Shown piece by piece: positions 62,381-64,000 of a DNA stretch of 64,000 nt. Within the stretch, counting starts at the first letter, position 1, and the number at the start of each line of letters is the position of its first letter. This DNA comes from Selaginella moellendorffii (Eukaryota > Plantae > Lycopodiophyta). The notes below the pieces were generated by a model that saw only the letters and a program-made list of their open reading frames with translations, was not told the DNA's origin and searched no databases. Where the stretch lies: positions 267,410-331,409 of the forward strand of contig NW_003314355.1 in NCBI RefSeq assembly GCF_000143415.4, given 5' to 3'. A program made the translations under genes and the position numbers.

Positions 62381-64000
62381 TCATTTATTGCTGCGCTTCT
62401 TGGAAGGTTTGGTAGCCTCTTCTTCCTCTTCGGCCTTTTGGTCGGCTTCAAGTCTTGCGAGCTGCAAAGTAAACAATGTTTGTTGTGAGAATTCTTCTCG
62501 AGACACCACTTTACCTCGTCCAGGACGGGTTTAAGTTCTCTGTAGCGTGTCTCCGCCAAGTCAAATCCATCCTTCCTAAGCTCCTGATAGATGCAAAGAG
62601 CATGAAGAACGAGCGAAAGAAAACCTGCGTCATCACCTTTCCAGTGTGTTGGGTGTGGTCGTAAGCAGCCATTTGCCAATACATGATCGTCCGGGAGAAA
62701 AAATCTCTCAGCGTTTCCCCAGGCTGGAAGACAAATCAATAACAAAACGAGAAGATGGACTACTATCATCACTCACCAAGGGTGTTCGTTGGGAATCAGC
62801 TAGGCCCAGCTCGGACCGCATTTGATCGATCTTTAATTTCCGTGCCTTTCGTGTCAGTCTTTTGCCTTCGCCCCTCAGAATAGCAGCTGCCTCTTCAACT
62901 CGTTGCGATGACTCCGCTGCATCCTGGAATACAAGAGTAAACATACAAGTTTTGCTATATATTTCTCTTTTACTACCTCGCCATCATCCTCCTCGTCATC
63001 TGTTCCATTACTAATCGATCCAGCATCACTGTTGTCATCATCACTTTCACCTTCCTCGTCACTAACTTCAATCCATTCACTTTGTGTTTCCTGCTTGGGA
63101 CATTAGTAAAAAGCTGCTGGATAGCTCGATCACGAAAGCACTGACCTCAATAATGCACTTCCACGCATCGAGTTTATTCAGGTCCAGCGAGAAAAGGTCG
63201 TCGAGTGTCACTTCTTTCTCCCCGACTTCTTTCATACCTCCATACAGAAACAAAGTATCCTTTCCAACAACCATTCCAGCATGGATTCTACCGCAAGGCT
63301 TAACAACCTTCACATCAAACGCTCAACGTTATATACTTGTGGCGGAAATGAAACGCAAACAAGACCTGGAACTCAGTCGTGGGTTCGTCTTCCAAGGTTG
63401 TAGCTTCCATTTGACTCTCAACGCCTTCTCCTTCTACAGACGTATTATCCACATTTGGATTGACCACTTTCTTCTGCTTTGGATGCATACTTAACGACTA
63501 AACAATCTCGGATTGACGTACCTTATTCTTGAGGCTCTTTGGCTTGCGAAGCTCCAAAGGATACCTGCGAAGATGTTCAGATAAGTTTTTGACAACAAAC
63601 GAGAGACAAACCATCTGCGATTGTCCATCTGAAAAGCATACATCTCGTTCATAAAAACGCTGTGCAGCGAATCACCTGCAAAAGACATAAGTTTTTCTGT
63701 TAACCAAGGCATGGATCCTAACCTTTATCGTCAGTATCAACTACACCACCAAACAAGATGGCTCGTTTCTTGTGGACACACATAGAAAATCCTGCTCTTG
63801 GCCCAGGAGCCATACCAGATTTTTTCACCTTCACAAAACACAGCAAAACATTAAAAAATCCACCAAAACGAGAATGTAAATATAGCAAACCTTGTCCCAC
63901 TCCCAATTCCGTGGATCTAACGTCCACATATCTGCGAGCACTACACCTTTGTCGGATTGATCTTTGTCAGGGGCAGGCTCTTTGAAATAGCCACCGTACA
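62381..64000 (-). CDS. Kelch domain-containing protein 4 (KLHDC4)-like, 3' part; continues beyond the window
   Basis: Motifs 'PGPRAGFSMCVHKKRAILFGGVVD', 'KPCGRI...LYGGMKE..EVTLDDL', 'PGETLRDFFSRT..YWQ' and 'ELRKDGFDLAE.RY'. Confidence 0.9.

Overview
Eukaryotic plant genomic DNA, very probably the lycophyte Selaginella. This is an inference from the ~45-65 nt introns, tightly packed genes, a PPR gene built from short ~31-aa repeats, TTTAGGG telomere repeats and an endonuclease-less Penelope-like RT. The left ~26 kb is accessory. It holds the 3' end of a Ty3/gypsy element interrupted by a young non-autonomous LTR element (511-8409, TSD GGTAG) whose ~1.9-kb LTRs carry a satellite-like array. Next come a CpG-depleted relic and an intact 4-exon Crinkler/RHS-type NTPase + restriction-endonuclease gene with an inserted PHD finger and a C-terminal HeH-like domain, followed by a decayed tandem copy. 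An eIF4E pseudogene and an orphan gene follow. The last block reads telomere repeats -> Penelope-like RT -> broken rDNA unit (containing a solo LTR) and resembles a captured chromosome end. The right ~38 kb is gene-dense: MSH7, ELG1/ATAD5-like, POLD2, DTW-domain, PPR, Rab-GDI, EGY-like, CHMP7, DnaJ, ATP23, kelch/coiled-coil, RING, PLAC8/CNR, xylulose kinase, PMI, an ABCG/PDR pseudogene and a KLHDC4-like gene, with several local duplications and near-overlapping divergent gene pairs. All calls come from reading the sequence by eye; no database searches were run.
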